Shown here: piece after piece, positions 1 through 10,681 of the stretch
Numbering within the stretch: the first letter of the stretch is position 1
How the letters are laid out: the number at the start of each line of letters is the position of its first letter
Assembly (NCBI GenBank): GCA_965230295.1
Contig: OZ246001.1
Location: forward strand, 992,001 to 1,056,000
Length of the DNA stretch: 64,000 nt
Reading direction: 5' to 3'
DNA from: Marinicella sp.
GTDB taxonomy: Bacteria; Pseudomonadota; Gammaproteobacteria; Xanthomonadales; Marinicellaceae
The notes under the pieces: model-generated
The model's input: the letters and a program-made list of their open reading frames with translations, nothing else
What the model was told of the DNA's origin: nothing
Databases searched by the model: none
Position numbers and translations under genes: made by a program

Positions 1-3000
1 TTCTCCGCTGACCGCCAGGCCAGTTGGGTCTGCTGCTGCCACATCGGAGCTCAACCTGAACCGTGCCATGGTTAACAAGGCTGCACCGCCTGGAGGTGCA
101 GGAAGTGTCAAGTTGACATCAGCTGCAGTGGTGCCATCTGGTACTGCCACTGTTCCACGTTCAGTGGCATTCTCAAACACCCCATCACCGTCGTAATCGA
201 TCCAACCGTATAAGGTGGCAGCACCACCAGATGTGTTGGTGACATTGACCGACAGAACCGGTGCTGAAGCCGCAAACTCAATCGCTGCTGCTATGGCATC
301 TTCATCATCCAGGTTGTTGTTGTCATCGCCATCGGCATCGACTGAAGGTAAGCCATCTGGATCGTTATCTGTCAAGGCACCCAGGCGCATGCCCGCCACC
401 CGAACATGGGCAGGACCATCGTCAGCACCACGGGTTTGGTAATCAACCAGCATGGTGTCCGTCACAATCTGTCCAAAGACCTCGTTTTCACCATCTACCA
501 AAGGTGCCGTGTCATCATCGCCATGGAAAGTCACCAATGTGTCACTGTTGGTGCTGTTGTAGGCAACGGCTGCAGTGAAAGCACCAAAGGTTGTCGCTCC
601 ATCAGGCCCAAAATTGGTTAAGCGCACTTCATCAGTATCAATCACGGTGCCCAGGTTATCGACCCGCCGCACCCAAATTTCATTTTCATTATCAACAACC
701 TCATCACCCTGGAACGCCACAATGTAATTGTTGGTCACCGGATTGAAGGCCACAGCTGAGTTGGTACCAATGAAACTGGTTGAACCGGCCAATCCCACAT
801 CACTGATCTGGAAATAGGCACCAGTAGGCAGCCCCGTACTGGCGGTTACCAATTGGCCAAAAACTTCATTCTCGCCATCACTGACCAAAGCATCATCACC
901 ATGGTAAGTAACGAGAAACTGGTTGTTTCCAGCGTTGTAAGCCAAGTCGGGGTTTGATGCCCTGGACAGGGTCGAACCAACACCTCCGAAAGTGGTTAAT
1001 CGGGTTTGGGTTGCACCGACTGCCCCGCCACCGCCATCGACCCTGCGGCCAAAGATTTCATTTTCGTTGTCAACGCTGCCGTTGGCATCATCATCTGCAT
1101 CCCACACCACCAAAAACTGATCGGTGGCACTGTTCCACTCCAGCTGGGGGTTATTGGCCCTGAAATTGATGCTGGAACCATTGGCACCACCCATCGCACT
1201 GATTTGCATGCGATTACCCAAGGCGCCAAAAGTGGCGGCATTGTATCGTTGGGCAAAAATTTCGTTTTCATTGTCCAAGAGACCATCATCCCCGGTATTC
1301 AGATCGCCGGCCCAAACCACCAAAAATTCATTGCTGGTGGCACTGTATGAAACCCCTGGATCAGCTGCTCGAGATCCTGTGTCACCATCAGAACCCATGG
1401 TGCTGACCCGCAGTTGTGAATCCAGTAAAGTCCCTGTGTTGGAGACAAAGCGGCCAAAAATCTCAAATTTATTGTCGATGGCTGCCACTTGATCACCTTG
1501 CCACACCACCAGATATTCATTGGTGACAGATGACCAAGCCACATCTGGGTTGAAGGCATCTCGATCGGTGTCAGCATCCATGATGGCAAATTGATTGCCG
1601 ATCAATTGTCGAGTATCGCCATCAATGCGTTGTCCCCAAATCTCAAATTCATTGTCATTCACATCATCGGCGACCCAAACAACCAAATACTCATCATCAG
1701 TGGCGTTATAGGCCACTCGGGAATTGTTAGCACTGCGAGCAGTGTCTCCATTGGTACCAGCAAAACTGATCCTGAAATCATCATCACCGTTTTCCAACAA
1801 CACTTCAACATCACCTGTACCTGTGGCGAAATCAGGCGCATCGCCATAATCTATTTGAATCAACTCATAAGCGCCAATATCAACCAGGGCTGAGCCATTG
1901 AGGTCACCATCAACCACACGGCTGAAGATGCCACCACGTTGATCGGTACTCAGACCACCGATTTGACCGGCATCACCGGCGTCGATGGCTGGACTGGTAT
2001 CGCTCAATGCATGGGTTGGTGTGGGTCCACGATTGTCAGTCAATCCGACCAAATCGGGATCAGACGAGACCGCAATGGTACCGGTAAAACCAGTTTGACT
2101 TTCAATCAAGTTCCCCACACCATTGGCTGTTGCGGTTCCACCTGAAATGGTATTAACCAACACATCATCACCACCGGTGGTGTTGGCCACTATGGTGTTG
2201 TTCAATACAGCCGTTGAATTACCACCATTACCTAAAATGTAGATGGCCCCATCTCCGCTGCCTGAGGTTGTGGTACTGCCTCCACCAGCCACTGCACTGT
2301 CTGTCACTGTCACATGACGCAAGTCTATTGATGCCGTGGTACCACCATTGTTCATGCTGAATATGGCTCCACCCAGGCCATCACCGCCGCCACCATCTGC
2401 CAGTGGACCACCTGGCTGACCGTAAGGGGTCAAACCACCACTGCTGCCACCGGTCGAAGTACTGCCTGAGATGGTTGAATTCCTTACATTTAAAGTTCCG
2501 CCATAGTTAAAAATGGCACCACCGAATGCCGCACCACCGCCGCCATCACCACTGGGTTGGAAAGAATTGCGGTTGGCGCGGCCGTTGGTACCAGATCCAC
2601 CGCCGAAACCACCTGATCCACCAACACCCACGATGCGGGTGTAATTGAAAGAAACCACGCTGCCGCCACCGCCGCCACCGCCGCCAAATCCGCCAGCGCC
2701 ACCATTACCACCGGTACATGTGCCTGAGCCACCACCGGTACACAAAGCACCGCCTCCGCCTCCAGCACCACCGAATAGGCCACCAGTTCCACCAGCAGCA
2801 CCACTTCCAGTTCCTGCACCCGATCGACCGCGACCACCGCCGCCACCGCCACCATCACCGCCTGCACCACCATTGACACCACCGCCATTGGGTCCACCAC
2901 CGGTTCCACCTGTGTTGTTTGAAGACTGGCCGCCCGCGCCACCTGCGCCGCCGCCACCAGAGCCACCATCACTGGCACTGCCGCCGTTACCGCCAGCACC

Positions 3001-3606
3001 ACCGGTTGCACTGTTGCCAAATAAGGTTACGCCTTCTAAGTCAACGGTACCTTGATTGAGGATACCACCTCCCATACCGGCACCACCGCCGGCACCAGCC
3101 GTGCGTGACCCTGAGCGACCGCCCACTGCAGAACCATTGCCCAAGGCCAAATTAGAAACGTTCAAAGTCGATCCTGGTTGCACATGGATCAGACGGAAAG
3201 CTGTGTTTGATGTTGCAGTCCGTTCTACTGTGACGCCATTGTCGCCAGATGGACCATTGATATCGATGCTGGTGTTGTTGCCTATGATGAAAGCCGTTGG
3301 TCCATATTCACCATTGTTTAACCCATCATTCACTTCCGAAAGTGTAATGGTCACATCACCATTGGCCACCAGAGCCGCAGCAAAGTTGATTGTATGACTA
3401 CCACCCAATGCAACCGATTCTTCGATGGCAGCCCGCAATGAAACACGGCCGGCTGCATCAGCTGCTGTGCCATCACCCGGGTTGGCGTCGACCGTATCCA
3501 GCACGGTATCTACATTAAAAGTTGCGGCTTGCGCACCGCCACCCATCAACCCAACCATCAATCCAACATACAGACGGTTTAAGGGTAAAGATTTTTTATT
3601 TGACAT
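1..3606 (-). CDS. Large secreted multidomain surface protein (CSLREA-like N-terminus, Gly-rich region, ~6 propeller-like repeats, GEVED domain); 3' end runs off the window
   Basis: Not in the ORF track because it is open at the left edge. ATG at 3606 gives MSNKKSLPLNRLYVGLMVGLMGGAQA-ATFNVDTVLD...RVSLRAAIEES. The same frame, spot-checked at several places, gives GAIFNYGGTLNVRNSTISG, repeats like VAWSSVTNEYLVVWQGD...FEIFG, and YGWIDYDGDGVFE...RFRLSSD...GLAVSGE at position 1 (GEVED motif cut by the edge). Confidence 0.85.
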   Translation of the reverse strand, partial: MSNKKSLPLNRLYVGLMVGLMGGGAQAATFNVDTVLDTVDANPGDGTAADAAGRVSLRAAIEESVALGGSHTINFAAALVANGDVTITLSEVNDGLNNGEYGPTAFIIGNNTSIDINGPSGDNGVTVERTATSNTAFRLIHVQPGSTLNVSNLALGNGSAVGGRSGSRTAGAGGGAGMGGGILNQGTVDLEGVTLFGNSATGGAGGNGGSASDGGSGGGGAGGAGGQSSNNTGGTGGGPNGGGVNGGAGGDGGGGGGGRGRSGAGTGSGAAGGTGGLFGGAGGGGGALCTGGGSGTCTGGNGGAGGFGGGGGGGGSVVSFNYTRIVGVGGSGGFGGGSGTNGRANRNSFQPSGDGGGGAAFGGAIFNYGGTLNVRNSTISGSTSTGGSSGGLTPYGQPGGPLADGGGGDGLGGAIFSMNNGGTTASIDLRHVTVTDSAVAGGGSTTTSGSGDGAIYILGNGGNSTAVLNNTIVANTTGGDDVLVNTISGGTATANGVGNLIESQTGFTGTIAVSSDPDLVGLTDNRGPTPTHALSDTSPAIDAGDAGQIGGLSTDQRGGIFSRVVDGDLNGSALVDIGAYELIQIDYGDAPDFATGTGDVEVLLENGDDDFRISFAGTNGDTARSANNSRVAYNATDDEYLVVWVADDVNDNEFEIWGQRIDGDTRQLIGNQFAIMDADTDRDAFNPDVAWSSVTNEYLVVWQGDQVAAIDNKFEIFGRFVSNTGTLLDSQLRVSTMGSDGDTGSRAADPGVSYSATSNEFLVVWAGDLNTGDDGLLDNENEIFAQRYNAATFGALGNRMQISAMGGANGSSINFRANNPQLEWNSATDQFLVVWDADDDANGSVDNENEIFGRRVDGGGGAVGATQTRLTTFGGVGSTLSRASNPDLAYNAGNNQFLVTYHGDDALVSDGENEVFGQLVTASTGLPTGAYFQISDVGLAGSTSFIGTNSAVAFNPVTNNYIVAFQGDEVVDNENEIWVRRVDNLGTVIDTDEVRLTNFGPDGATTFGAFTAAVAYNSTNSDTLVTFHGDDDTAPLVDGENEVFGQIVTDTMLVDYQTRGADDGPAHVRVAGMRLGALTDNDPDGLPSVDADGDDNNNLDDEDAIAAAIEFAASAPVLSVNVTNTSGGAATLYGWIDYDGDGVFENATERGTVAVPDGTTAADVNLTLPAPPGGAALLTMARFRLSSDVAAADPTGLAVSGE

Positions 3607-4020
3607 TTATGCCCCCTGACTATGATTGTAAAGTTAATGAATTATTCTAGCATAATAAATGATGACTTCATGACAGATTGATTCAACAAAATGATAAATT
3701 TATCTGGATTTTTGCGATATGCTCACAGAAAAGTTTTCTCGATCATTGACAGCTTTACAGACCCAACTTTCATAACACCACTTTCTACAATCACCCAAGC
3801 CCATGAACGGCTTGATTTGTTCTTATCAAATCTGATTCTTTTAAAATTTCTCATGTCATTTTAATGGTAAATAGAAACGTACATTTGGTCTGTGAAACCT
3901 GTTATGGTCACAATCGGTTTATCTTTGGTTTATTGATCACTTATGCCCCGACTGTGTTGATTAAGATCATGATCGATTCTTATTGAAGCCAAGAACTCAG
4001 GAAGTGTTTTTTATTGAAAA

Positions 4021-4494
4021 TCATAGCAGCTCTCTTTTGGCCACCAACACACCATCGGCATCGGCATAAACCCAATCACCTGGCTTGAACCACACTCCAC
4101 CAAAATGAACGGGAATGCCGACGGTGCCTTCACCGGTTTTGGCACTCTTCTTTGGAGACGTGCCCAGACAGCGAACCGCCACATCCATGGCATCCACTTC
4201 TTCGCAATCACGGATTGCACCGTTGATGATGATGCCGGCCCAATTATTGTCCATCAAAATGCCTGCAATGATGTCTCCCAAAATGGCCAAGCGCGTTGAA
4301 CCACCACCATCAACCACCAACACCCGACCTTCGCCTGGTTGGCTCAACTCGGCCTTCAACAGCACGTTGTCTTCAAAGGACTTGACCGTTTGAATTGGCC
4401 CAGAAAAGGATGTTCGTTGGCCAAATTTAATAAACGGCAGGTGACAAAATTCAACTTCATCATTGAAGTCATCAACCAGATCAGCAGTTTTCAT
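4021..4494 (-). CDS. rraA: Ribonuclease E activity regulator RraA / HMG aldolase family
   Basis: TADLVD, FEDNVL, GRVLVVDGGGS, GAIRD, PGDWVYADADG motifs. Confidence 0.92.
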   Translation of the reverse strand: MKTADLVDDFNDEVEFCHLPFIKFGQRTSFSGPIQTVKSFEDNVLLKAELSQPGEGRVLVVDGGGSTRLAILGDIIAGILMDNNWAGIIINGAIRDCEEVDAMDVAVRCLGTSPKKSAKTGEGTVGIPVHFGGVWFKPGDWVYADADGVLVAKRELL

Positions 4495-4650
4495 GTGGTC
4501 ATTTCTCCTCGTACTTTAGTCGTCTTCGATTTTGACAGGTTGTTTTGAGTCCATATTATCTGGTTTCAAATTTGACGCAAGTCGCTTTACTGGAATTTCT
4601 AGTACCTTAGAACAGGTAAGATCACCTTCCAACCACTTAACAAATCAATT

Positions 4651-5919
4651 TTATTCTGAACTTTTATCCTCATTACCAGTAATGATCCTGGCCCCACGTT
4701 TAAAGGAAAAATAATGCCAAGCCCAGTTCATCATCACACTCAGGCGGTTTTTGAAACCAATCAAAAAGAACACATGAGCCCCACCCCACAACAACCAGGC
4801 CATTAAACCACTCAGCTTTATAAAACCCAGATCAGCAACCGCTGCTTTGCGGCCAATGGTGGCCATGTTGCCGTAATTTTTGTACTTAAACGGTTTTGGC
4901 TTGGTTTTCTTGTCCAGTGTCTTTTTGATGACTTTACTCACGTACTTACCCATCTGTTTGGCTGCCGGCGCCACCCCTGGAACAGCTACCTCATTGGCGT
5001 CCAACACCTGTGCAGTGTCACCAATGACAAATACATTGGGGTGGTCCGTTAAACTCAAGTCTGGTTCAACCAACACCCTGCCTGCCCTGTCTGATTCAAC
5101 CCCCAACCATTGACTGGCAGCGGAAGCTTTTACACCAGCGGCCCAGATGATGTTATTGGCTGAAATCTCTGTATCAGCGGCTTTGACACCATGAACATCA
5201 CAGTCCGTTACCATAAAATTCAACCTGACCTCAACACCCAATTTTTGCAATTGTGACAATGCTTTTTCAGACAGCTTTGGGGGAAATGCTGCCAGTAGGC
5301 GATCACCTGCCTCCAGCAAAATAACCTGAGCCGTGCTGGGGTCAATGTGGCGAAAATCTTCTGTCAATGTCTTGTTGGCCAACTCTGCAATGGCACCTGC
5401 CATCTCAACCCCAGTAGGGCCTCCACCAATCACACAAAAAGTCATCAACCTTTTTCTTTCAATGGCATCCTGGCACAATTCTGCCTGCTCAAATGCCAGC
5501 AAGATTTTTTTCCTGATGGTGGTGGCATCATCTAAGTCCTTCAGCCCAGGTGCGTGAGTCTGCCAGTCATCATGGCCAAAATAAGAATGTCTGGCTCCAG
5601 TAGCCACAACCAGATAATCGAAAGGAATCTTCTTGGTTTTTGTTTGGACCACCTGTTGACTCAAATCCACAGCGGTGACCTTACCCATCAAAACCTGACA
5701 ATTCTTTTGTCGACTCAGCACCTGTCTGACAGGAACTGAGATGTCAGCAGGGGATAAACCTGCCGTAGCCACCTGGTAGAGTAAGGGTTGAAACAAATGG
5801 TAATTGTATTGATCAATGATGGTCACTTGCACATCCGCCTTTTTCAGCGCTTTGGCTGCATTTAAACCACCAAAGCCTGCACCGATGATCACCACTTGTC
5901 TCTTTTGGTTTGCGTTCAT
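4651..5919 (-). CDS. ndh: Type II NADH:quinone oxidoreductase (NDH-2)
   Basis: GAGFGG FAD motif, FQPLLYQVAT, GGGPTGVEMAG, APAAKQMG, MATIGRKAAV. Confidence 0.9.
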   Translation of the reverse strand: MNANQKRQVVIIGAGFGGLNAAKALKKADVQVTIIDQYNYHLFQPLLYQVATAGLSPADISVPVRQVLSRQKNCQVLMGKVTAVDLSQQVVQTKTKKIPFDYLVVATGARHSYFGHDDWQTHAPGLKDLDDATTIRKKILLAFEQAELCQDAIERKRLMTFCVIGGGPTGVEMAGAIAELANKTLTEDFRHIDPSTAQVILLEAGDRLLAAFPPKLSEKALSQLQKLGVEVRLNFMVTDCDVHGVKAADTEISANNIIWAAGVKASAASQWLGVESDRAGRVLVEPDLSLTDHPNVFVIGDTAQVLDANEVAVPGVAPAAKQMGKYVSKVIKKTLDKKTKPKPFKYKNYGNMATIGRKAAVADLGFIKLSGLMAWLLWGGAHVFFLIGFKNRLSVMMNWAWHYFSFKRGARIITGNEDKSSE

Positions 5920-6250
5920 GCTGTTTCCTAATGGTTAATAACGGGTGGCTGATTTGATTTAATCAGTGCCCGCATTGCATCAGATCGATAAAAAGCCGTG
6001 TCCTTTATTTTACCAGTTAATCGCAGTTCATACTCTATCTTCATGGCACTGGCCACATCATCAACCGCAACAGCAAGGCAAAAATACACCATTGAACCCG
6101 CCTACTAAAACTGCGACAGGGAGGAAATCGAAACCAGTTTGTTCACCGTACATGTAGCGGACCAATCAATGGAAATAAAGATGTGCGTTATTTTACCACT
6201 GCATGACGGCTGTATGTCACATGACTCTCGACACACTCGACCAGAATGTT

Positions 6251-7462
6251 TTAACTGTTGGAATTAAACACCCCTGCACTTTGTGGTCCGTTAAAGCCCG
6301 GGAATACTGTTGTTAAGTCAGTGGCAGACAATCGATTGATCAAAGCATCTGAAAGCACCGTGCGGTAATCGGTGGTGATCGCCAAATCTCCGTTGTACAA
6401 ATTCTGGTTCGCCAAGCCTGGCCAGTCAGTAATGACCTGCCCACCATTGACCCCACCACCCATGGCGAACATCACCGAGCCATGACCATGATCGGTTCCC
6501 AATGATGCATTCTCAGCCACGCGCCTGCCAAATTCAGTCATGGTGATTACGGTGACGCCAGCCATGTTGGCACCTAAATCTGTATAAAAAGCTGCCATGG
6601 TGTTGGCAAAATCATTCGACAGCGGCGTCAAAGCAGCTTCAAGCTGATCGTGGTGATCCCAGCCACCCACATCAACGCAGGCCACTTGTAAACCGATGCC
6701 TGATTTGATCAGTTGCGCGACTTGTTGCATGTCACTGCCAAATGGTGAAGGTGGGTATTCGGCACCGTTATCAACCGCAATTGAGCCCGGATCCGCAGCC
6801 TTCAACTCATCCACCGAAGCCAGGATGTTATTGGATGCGGTGTCAATGTCAGCCGATTGATTGAATAAGTCTGTGATGGCAGCTCGCAAAGGGTCCTCAT
6901 CAGCAGGGTGGGTGTTCAAGTTGTAGCCCTCAATGGAATTCATCCCAACCACAGGATAATCACCTTGCAGCGCCAGTTGCACCTGGCCGAAACCCACACC
7001 CTGAAAGGTGGATGCAGGGGCAGATAAAGTCGACAGGTATCGGTTCAACCACCCATCAGGTGTGGTGTTGACACCCGGCGTTCCAAACTCCATGAAATCC
7101 TGGGCTTCAAAATGCGAACGTGACGGGTCCGGTGACCCCACGGCATGAACGATGGCCAAGTCACCGGCATCATAAATGGGTTTTAATGATACCATGTTGG
7201 GATTCAGGCCAAAGAATCCATCCAAATTGATCGCACCACCTGATTGTCCTGGTTGCGCAATGGCTATGTTGGGCCGATTGACATAATAATTGGCATCACC
7301 ATAAGGCACCACCAAATTCAGTCCATCGGCCGCCCCTCTCTGGTAGACACAAACCAACACATCTTGAGCGGATGATTGTTGGTTTTGGCCGAACACCAAA
7401 CGGGGTGTAATCAAGGGCACTGCTGCCAGTCCGGAGGCTTTTAAAAATGTTCTTCTTTTCAT
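6251..7462 (-). CDS. DUF1501 family protein, Tat-exported
   Basis: MKRRTFLK Tat signal; RGAADGLN, SRSHFEAQ, GGWDHH, TEFGRR, GTDHGHG, DYRTV motifs. Confidence 0.9.
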   Translation of the reverse strand: MKRRTFLKASGLAAVPLITPRLVFGQNQQSSAQDVLVCVYQRGAADGLNLVVPYGDANYYVNRPNIAIAQPGQSGGAINLDGFFGLNPNMVSLKPIYDAGDLAIVHAVGSPDPSRSHFEAQDFMEFGTPGVNTTPDGWLNRYLSTLSAPASTFQGVGFGQVQLALQGDYPVVGMNSIEGYNLNTHPADEDPLRAAITDLFNQSADIDTASNNILASVDELKAADPGSIAVDNGAEYPPSPFGSDMQQVAQLIKSGIGLQVACVDVGGWDHHDQLEAALTPLSNDFANTMAAFYTDLGANMAGVTVITMTEFGRRVAENASLGTDHGHGSVMFAMGGGVNGGQVITDWPGLANQNLYNGDLAITTDYRTVLSDALINRLSATDLTTVFPGFNGPQSAGVFNSNS

Positions 7463-7475
7463 CACGTTCTCCTGA

Positions 7476-9059
7476 TCAGCGTTGTTGAAAATAGCGAGAT
7501 GCCAACAGCGCCGCTAACACCGCACGGGCACTGGCCAGAGCCTGATCCAAGGGCAAAGGCATGGTTACTGAGCCACCATTGGCTGCCAGGTTAATCAAAG
7601 CATCGCGGTCATTCTGGTTGATTCTAAAATGCAAGATTTGCTCTATCATGCGGTCAGTGATGGCAGCCGCTGTGCGCGCTGAGCCCAACATTTGCAGAAC
7701 CGGGATTTGTAAAAAATCGGCAGCCACCGGGCCATCGTAATTGGTGTTGTCATCGTCCACATTGCGTCCCAAACCTAAATCACCAAAGCCAATGGCAAAC
7801 CCCAAATTCCAACGATCTAACAAGGCATTGGTGTTCAGCCATGAACTGGCTTCATCGCTGTAACCGGTTGGCGCCGGATAGGCAAACGGCGTTTGACCCA
7901 GGTTACGAACCTGGCGATACAAGAACTCAAATGAGCGGTTGGTATTGACCGGCTGTAATGACCTGAACATGGAGAGCACATACTCAATGGGACGCTTGAA
8001 TTTTTGACCCGCAGCCTTGGCAAACTCTGCATGCTTGAACAGGGTTCTTAGGCACGCCTTGATGTCACCATCGGTGGTCACAAAGGTCGCTGCAACTGCA
8101 TCAATGGCCGCTTGCGGTGGCACATCGCTGATAAATCGTTTACACATTTTTTTGGCAATGAATGAAGCTGTGGCCGGATGGCTGGCCAACATGTCCAGCA
8201 CCGCTTCACCGTCTTCAATACCGCCTCCGGCCGGTATTGCTTGACCCAAAACGGTCTTACTGCCGGTGTCATGGTTCAGGGCAAAGAAATAAAACAGGTC
8301 TTCAGCTTGTTCAGTGATGGTCCAGCCAGTAAAACAGCGGGCCACTTCTTTAACGTCCTCTTCAGTGTAGCCACCATCAACGCCCAATGTATGAAGCTCC
8401 ATCAACTCTCGGGCATAATTTTCATTGGGTCCTTCAGCCGTGTTGGAAAATCCATCCAGATAAAACAACATCACAGGGCTTTTGGCATTGGCATGCAACA
8501 AGTCTCTGAATCGGCCCAAAGCATGAGGGCGAATGTTGTCTCGATCATCGATACCTTTCAACACCTGAATGGGGCCATCGAACAGATTCACATTAAAATG
8601 GTTGGTCCAGAACTCAACCATGGTTTCATACAGTTGTGTGGGGTTATAGGCAGCCCGAATTAAAGTCCCTGCGATGAGCTCGAAACCAGGATTGAATTCA
8701 TTGTCAGTCCGCGAACGCTCTATCACTTCTGCATATGACATTTGCAATGAAGGCAGCACCTGGTTCAACAATTGGTCTACTGCACTGGTGTCCATATCAT
8801 CCCAGGCCAACTGGTACTCAAGATAATCTTCCAACCCCATACCCTGAGCCAAAGCCAGTTCATTGGCTGAAAACCCATAACTGGTGCGATTCAAGAAATG
8901 GACCATTAAATCTGGCTGTTCTCCCAATTGCAAAGATTTGTGGTTGTCATTGGACATGGCAGGTAATTTGCCCATGCCGGTTTTGGCCAGCATGTGTGAA
9001 ATGTTTTTGATTTGTTGCTGCTGTGTCATTTTGGCTTGCATCATCGTTGCTTTTATCAT
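7476..9059 (-). CDS. DUF1800 family protein
   Basis: FWTNHF, NENYARELMELHTLG, YTEEDV, ARCFTGW, HPATA, KFKRP. Start at 9059 overlaps the upstream stop (ATGA). Confidence 0.9.
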   Translation of the reverse strand: MIKATMMQAKMTQQQQIKNISHMLAKTGMGKLPAMSNDNHKSLQLGEQPDLMVHFLNRTSYGFSANELALAQGMGLEDYLEYQLAWDDMDTSAVDQLLNQVLPSLQMSYAEVIERSRTDNEFNPGFELIAGTLIRAAYNPTQLYETMVEFWTNHFNVNLFDGPIQVLKGIDDRDNIRPHALGRFRDLLHANAKSPVMLFYLDGFSNTAEGPNENYARELMELHTLGVDGGYTEEDVKEVARCFTGWTITEQAEDLFYFFALNHDTGSKTVLGQAIPAGGGIEDGEAVLDMLASHPATASFIAKKMCKRFISDVPPQAAIDAVAATFVTTDGDIKACLRTLFKHAEFAKAAGQKFKRPIEYVLSMFRSLQPVNTNRSFEFLYRQVRNLGQTPFAYPAPTGYSDEASSWLNTNALLDRWNLGFAIGFGDLGLGRNVDDDNTNYDGPVAADFLQIPVLQMLGSARTAAAITDRMIEQILHFRINQNDRDALINLAANGGSVTMPLPLDQALASARAVLAALLASRYFQQR

Positions 9060-9766
9060 TGTGTGGCCTCCTGCTGACAAGGCTGTGCTAAGTACAAACG
9101 CTCAATTGGAACCGTTCCTGAATGCTTTTCTCCAGCCGCATTGAAATGAGCCGTGGCTTGATAACAGCTGTCAAATTCGATGGTTAACTCACCCCAGATG
9201 TGGCTGGTAATGGCCTGGGGGTCATTGAATTGACCGCCCATGGGTTCATTCACCACCAGTGTGGCTCGGTGACCTTCTGGTGAACCTGTAGCAATGAACC
9301 ACTGTTGAGCGTCGCCGGCTTTGTTATAAGTGAACCAATAGGCAATCAACAAATCATTGGCCGGTACATACTCAAACAAGAACCCTTGCCCGGGTGTGGT
9401 CGGGTTGTGATAGGTGGCATTGACCCGCTCATCTATGACAAAGTCATTGGCGGCAGATTGAACCACCAAGGCGCCTTGCATGTTGGGATCTGCTGAACTG
9501 CTGTAAAACACCTCACCACCAGTGCCAGTGACCACGGCAGTAAACTGGCTGTTGGGTGTCAAAACCGGTGAAGAAAACGCAATCGCTTGTTCATTCTCGA
9601 TGGCCACAATTTGATGTGTCCCCGCTGCCACCACCCATTGGATGCTGTCACCCGATTGTACTGACAGCACCTCCGGTGAAAAGCGATTGTCAAACACTGT
9701 AACTTGATGGGTCTCTGCCAACAAAGAACCGGTCATCATCAGTAAGATCAGGTGGTATTTTTTCAT
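9056..9766 (-). CDS. Secreted protein: degenerate cupredoxin-like domain plus ~130-aa GQG/WFTY domain
   Basis: Signal peptide; FSPEVLSVQSGDSIQW...GTHQI...MQGALVV cupredoxin fold lacking the Cys/His ligands; C-terminal YHNPTTPGQGF...YWFTY...WGELTIEFDSC. Confidence 0.75.
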   Translation of the reverse strand: MKKYHLILLMMTGSLLAETHQVTVFDNRFSPEVLSVQSGDSIQWVVAAGTHQIVAIENEQAIAFSSPVLTPNSQFTAVVTGTGGEVFYSSSADPNMQGALVVQSAANDFVIDERVNATYHNPTTPGQGFLFEYVPANDLLIAYWFTYNKAGDAQQWFIATGSPEGHRATLVVNEPMGGQFNDPQAITSHIWGELTIEFDSCYQATAHFNAAGEKHSGTVPIERLYLAQPCQQEATQ

Positions 9767-9768
9767 TG

Positions 9769-10200
9769 TCAGACCTCACTGCAGTTGATGGGGGCCGTGA
9801 TGCGACTCAAGGCAATCGTGGCAGACTGACCTCCGTTCTTATTGAAAGAAAACGAAGCAGACTGGCAGCTGGTGAATTCTATGCTGCCAGTCCCCCAAAT
9901 ATTGAGTTCTGGCAAAGGATCGTTGCTGTTGAGTTTTCCATTGGTTGACTCATAGATGGTGAGCTCAATCGGCTGGGCATCCAAATTCCCGTCAGCAGTT
10001 AACCACATTTGTTGACCACCGGCTTCCGCATAAGTAAACCAAGCAATAAAAATCTGGTTGTTTTCCGGGATGATGTGCAGTACCAGACCTTGTCCGGGGT
10101 TTTCCGGTTGGTGCCATGGCCCGTTCAGGCCTGTATGCAAATCAACGGCATGGGTTGAGGCTGTCAACAACACCATGGTCCACAACAAAATTATCTTCAT
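9769..10200 (-). CDS. Secreted stand-alone GQG/WFTY domain protein
   Basis: Signal peptide then GPWHQPENPGQG...AWFTY...WGTGSIEFTSC...SRIT...C; RBS ggag upstream. Confidence 0.8.
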   Translation of the reverse strand: MKIILLWTMVLLTASTHAVDLHTGLNGPWHQPENPGQGLVLHIIPENNQIFIAWFTYAEAGGQQMWLTADGNLDAQPIELTIYESTNGKLNSNDPLPELNIWGTGSIEFTSCQSASFSFNKNGGQSATIALSRITAPINCSEV

Positions 10201-10420
10201 ACATTTCTCCGATTGTTAGCCAACTGATTTCCGTTTGTTTGCCCACGTTTAAATGTTCCAACGCATCACCACTGTTACAGGTTGACAACAGCGGTATAAA
10301 AATGGTCAATCATTATGTATGAGCACAACTGGCCAGGTTTTGGATGCAAAGCATCAACAATCAATCATATTCTGCTTTTAGCACCGAACTTGCAAGCATT
10401 TCGATCTTTTTTCGTATAAA

Positions 10421-10570
10421 TGAATGTCCTTGGGACTTCATTCACTTTTGTTCCTACAAAAGTGAAAGCGGCCACGGTAGCCATGGCTTGATACCTCGGG
10501 CTTGCACTCTCTGACTCAGCGAGGCTTCGCCAACCGAGTGCGGCGATCGAGCTGATCATCAGCTCTCCTA
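10421..10570 (-). repeat. ~150-bp structured intergenic repeat, family B copy 1 (diverged)
   Basis: Reverse complement aligns with 40719-40869 and 44685-44835: AGCTG-hairpin ... TTCACTTTTG..ACAAAAGTGAA ... CCCAAGGACATTC. Confidence 0.8.
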
Positions 10571-10681
10571 GGATTGAATGACATTGTGTTTGGGTGTCCA
10601 TTTTCTCTGCAGATGGGCTGTATACAAAAATCTTCACAATCTTTATAATCTTAGATCCAGGCAAAAACAGGATGAACTACA

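Noticed and set aside
2645-3055. Proline-rich plus-strand ORF, and other short ORFs in 215-3619
   Set aside because: Antisense or off-frame shadows of the Gly-rich minus-strand gene 1-3606.
10365-10664. 99-aa ORF, and the 77-aa ORF at 44684-44917
   Set aside because: They run through family-B repeats and promoter DNA with no protein-like features.
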